DNA of 64,000 nucleotides from Macrostomum lignano (Eukaryota): NCBI GenBank assembly GCA_002269645.1, contig NIVC01000029.1, positions 372,001 to 436,000 of the forward strand, read 5' to 3'. Shown piece by piece: positions 61,102 to 64,000 of this stretch (position 1 is its first letter; each line of letters starts with the position of its first letter). The notes under the pieces were generated by a model. It saw only the letters and a program-made list of their open reading frames with translations, ran no database searches and was not told where the DNA came from. The position numbers and the translations under genes were made by a program.

Positions 61102-63936
61102 ATGAGCAGCGAGATTAATTCAGCACTTCAGGTGTCAAGTTTTTGCCAAAAAAATTTATAAAGGTATTTTTAGCTTAGTCATTTTACTTTTAACTGCTTT
61201 AAATGCAGAATATTTACAGCTTTATTTATATTTATAGCAATGCTTGAAAGTAATAGTGTTCTGTATTTCAAAGTAATATTTAACTATAAAAAAGTATAGC
61301 TATACTAGTAAGAGTATTTAGTGTTTAGTTGGGCTTCTGGTCGAAAAAAACTAATGCCAATATTTGATATAATACCTATTATAGAATCTGCTTTTCACAT
61401 ATAAAGATTAACAGTCTACAGTTAAGGGTACTCAACTTAGAGAAGTACATCATTTGAAATTGAAGAGCAAAAATCAGTTTAAACATTTTCAAACTTTTGA
61501 ATATAAAAATATTTAGAATAAAGAATTTTTTTATCGTTATCAAAGTCAAACTTGGTATGGTAAAAAATAGTCACCAGTATTTAAGGACAATTTATTCATG
61601 TTTAAATATTAATTTAAACTTAACTTACATATTTATTAAATACACATATTTTAGTATTTTATCAGTAAGGAAAAAATGTTAAAGTACTTTAGCCTATACA
61701 TAGTATTTTAATCAGTGATTAATGATTATGAGTACTAATAAGTCTACCACATTTTCATTTCATCAAGTTTCATTTGATTACCTAAAGTATCATTTGATTT
61801 GATTTTATTCCTTTGGTCATGATTGTATTCGATTAGATTATCATTTGATTTGATATTGCTGTATCTGTGCATCTCATGAAATGGCTAAACGGCTAATACC
61901 CTCGATACCTTTTTTCAAGACCTGCATGCGCTGTTGATAAATCAAGTCTTTATTTCTTTAAATCACACTTCCACACAGAGCACTTAGCATTTAGTATGTT
62001 CATCCTCGCATCTGTTCTACCCTTTGCACCCGCTCTACCCTCCGCACCGCTTGGCGCTCCTTACCCATTTTATCCTCCGCACCCGCTTTGCCCTTTGCAC
62101 CCGCTTCACCCTCCGCACCCGCTTCAAATATTCGCACCCGCTTTACCCTCCGCACCCGCTTCACCCTCCGCACCCGCTTCAAATATTCGCACACGCTTTA
62201 CCCTCCACACCCGCTTCACCCTCCGCACCCGCTTCAAATATTCGCACCCGCTTCAAATATTCGCACCCGCTTCACCCTCCGCACCCGCTTCACCCTCCGC
62301 ACCCGCTTCACCCCCGCACCCGCTTCAAATATTCGCACCCGCTTTGCCCTTCGCACCCGCTTCACCCTCCGCACCCGCTTCAAATATTCGCACCCGCTTC
62401 ACCCTCCGCACCCGCTTCACCCCCGCACCCGCTTCAAATATTCGCACCCGCTTTGCCCTTCGCACCCGCTTCACCCTCCGCACCCGCTTCAAATATTCGC
62501 ACCCGCTTCAAATATTCGCACCCGCTTCACCCTCCGCACCCGCTTCACCCTCCGCACCCGCTTCACCCCCGCACCCGCTTCAAATATTCGCACCCGCTTT
62601 GCCCTTCGCACCCGCTTCACCCTCCGCACCCGCTTCAAATATTCGCACCCGCTTCACCCTCCGCACCCGCTTCACCCCCGCACCCGCTTCAAATATTCGC
62701 ACCCGCTTTGCCCTTCGCACCCGCTTCACCCTCCGCACCCGCTTCAAATATTCGCACACGCTTTACCCTCCACACCCGCTTCACCCTCCGCACCCGCTTC
62801 AAATATTCGCACCCGCTTCAAATATTCGCACCCGCTTCACCCTCCGCACCCGCTTCACCCTCCGCACCCGCTTCACCCCCGCACCCGCTTCAAATATTCG
62901 CACCCGCTTTGCCCTTCGCACCCGCTTCACCCTCCGCACCCGCTTCAAATATTCGCACCCGCTTCACCCTCCGCACCCGCTTCACCCCCGCACCCGCTTC
63001 AAATATTCGCACCCGCTTTGCCCTTCGCACCCGCTTCACCCTCCGCACCCGCTTCAAATATTCGCACCCGCTTTACCCTCCGCACCCGCTTCACCCTCCG
63101 CACCCGCTTCAAATATTCGCACACGCTTTACCCTCCACACCCGCTTCACCCTCCGCACCCGCTTCACCCTCCGCACCCGCTTCAAATATTCGCACACGCT
63201 TTACCCTCCGCACCTGCTTCACCCTCCGCACCCGCTTCACCCTCCGCAGCCGCACACAAAGCCCATCCGCGATCCGAAGGACGCGATCAGCCGCGGCTTC
63301 TCGCAGCCGTTCTGCCTGTTCCGCCGCTGGCAGAAGGACGCCGCCAGATGCGGTCAGTTCGGCAACGCCGACACCTTCGTCCTCGCCACGGCCTGCCCGC
63401 AGTCCATGACGCCATCGCAGCGGCCCATGCAGCTCGCCGACGTCTGCGACAACTCCTTTCTGTTCCTGTCCACCTTGCACAGCCGCAAGGGCAGCCAAAT
63501 ATCGCAGAATAAAAATGTCTGCCTGTACTTTGATTGGCTGCCAATCGGCCGTCACGTGACCGTGGCCGGCGAGACTTCCATGATCAGAGACCGTCACGTG
63601 ATCAACAGCTACTTCCAGAAGATGTTCACGCCAGACCTGAAGTGCTACTTCAGCGCTATCGACTCCAACCAGAGCAAGGTGATCGACTCAGAGTTCAAGG
63701 AGAAATTCCAGGAGCTGAGGCACAAGCTGGCCCAGTACAAGGACTCCAAGATTCCGCCGCCAGAGTCCATGCTGCTCTTCAAGGTGGAGCCGAATCACTT
63801 CGAGTTCTACGAGAACTCCAAGGAGGTCGGCAACGTGCGGCTGACCTACGCGCGATTCGTTGAGGGCACGCCAGTAGACAATAGGTTCACCTTCTGCGCC
63901 AACCCCGACTGGGTTATTGAGCAGATTGCTCAGTGA
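61102..63936 (+). CDS. Pyridoxamine 5'-phosphate oxidase-like (PNPO/PdxH fold) protein, divergent
   Basis: Main exon 63250-63936 (PFCLFRRW, FVLATA, SRKG, VCLYFDW, QSKVI, FEFY, DW-x-x-EQIAQ). Candidate exon 1 61102-61131 (MSSEINSALQ|gtgtca, phase 0) is uncertain. Confidence 0.72.
62020..63249 (+). repeat. Compound C-rich minisatellite (CGCACCCGCTTCACCCTC / CGCACCCGCTTCAAATATT)n
   Basis: Read directly; the last unit ends in the acceptor CCTCCGCAG. Confidence 0.95.
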
Positions 63937-64000
63937 GTGGCGAATTTTGTTTAGAGAAAAAACTCTCGATGCGATTAATAGTAGCAATATCTGCGTATTT

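Overview
Metazoan genomic DNA with GC-rich exons and GT-AG introns. Almost every intron longer than about 300 bp is filled by a tandem array. This style most resembles the flatworm Macrostomum (inference only). Most long ORFs in the supplied track are repeat artefacts, so genes were rebuilt by hand from splice sites and phases. Genes found: a secreted PAN/apple plus ALK/LTK-type glycine-rich protein; a PDZ protein gene partly inside a 3.0-3.4 kb tandem duplication; a two-exon secreted inhibitor-cystine-knot (knottin/toxin-like) peptide gene that the ORF track does not show as a gene; an inverted pair of LRR single-pass receptor paralogs with near-identical ectodomains; a secreted protein made of two exon-encoded Cys repeats; a candidate 51-aa secreted peptide; an intronless divergent 7TM receptor; BIN3; LCLAT1; and a PNPO-like protein lacking key active-site motifs. 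Mobile DNA: a foldback/MULE-like element with a 9-bp TSD, a TIR-bounded mariner/Tc1 chimera, a tRNA-derived SINE, two solo LTRs with 4-bp TSDs, a deleted piggyBac and a small MITE. Most notable: the knottin gene and other small TATA-driven secreted-peptide genes, the apparently gene-converted LRR receptor pair, arrays that grow from or duplicate splice sites, and arrays that multimerise AP-1/E2F-type motifs.
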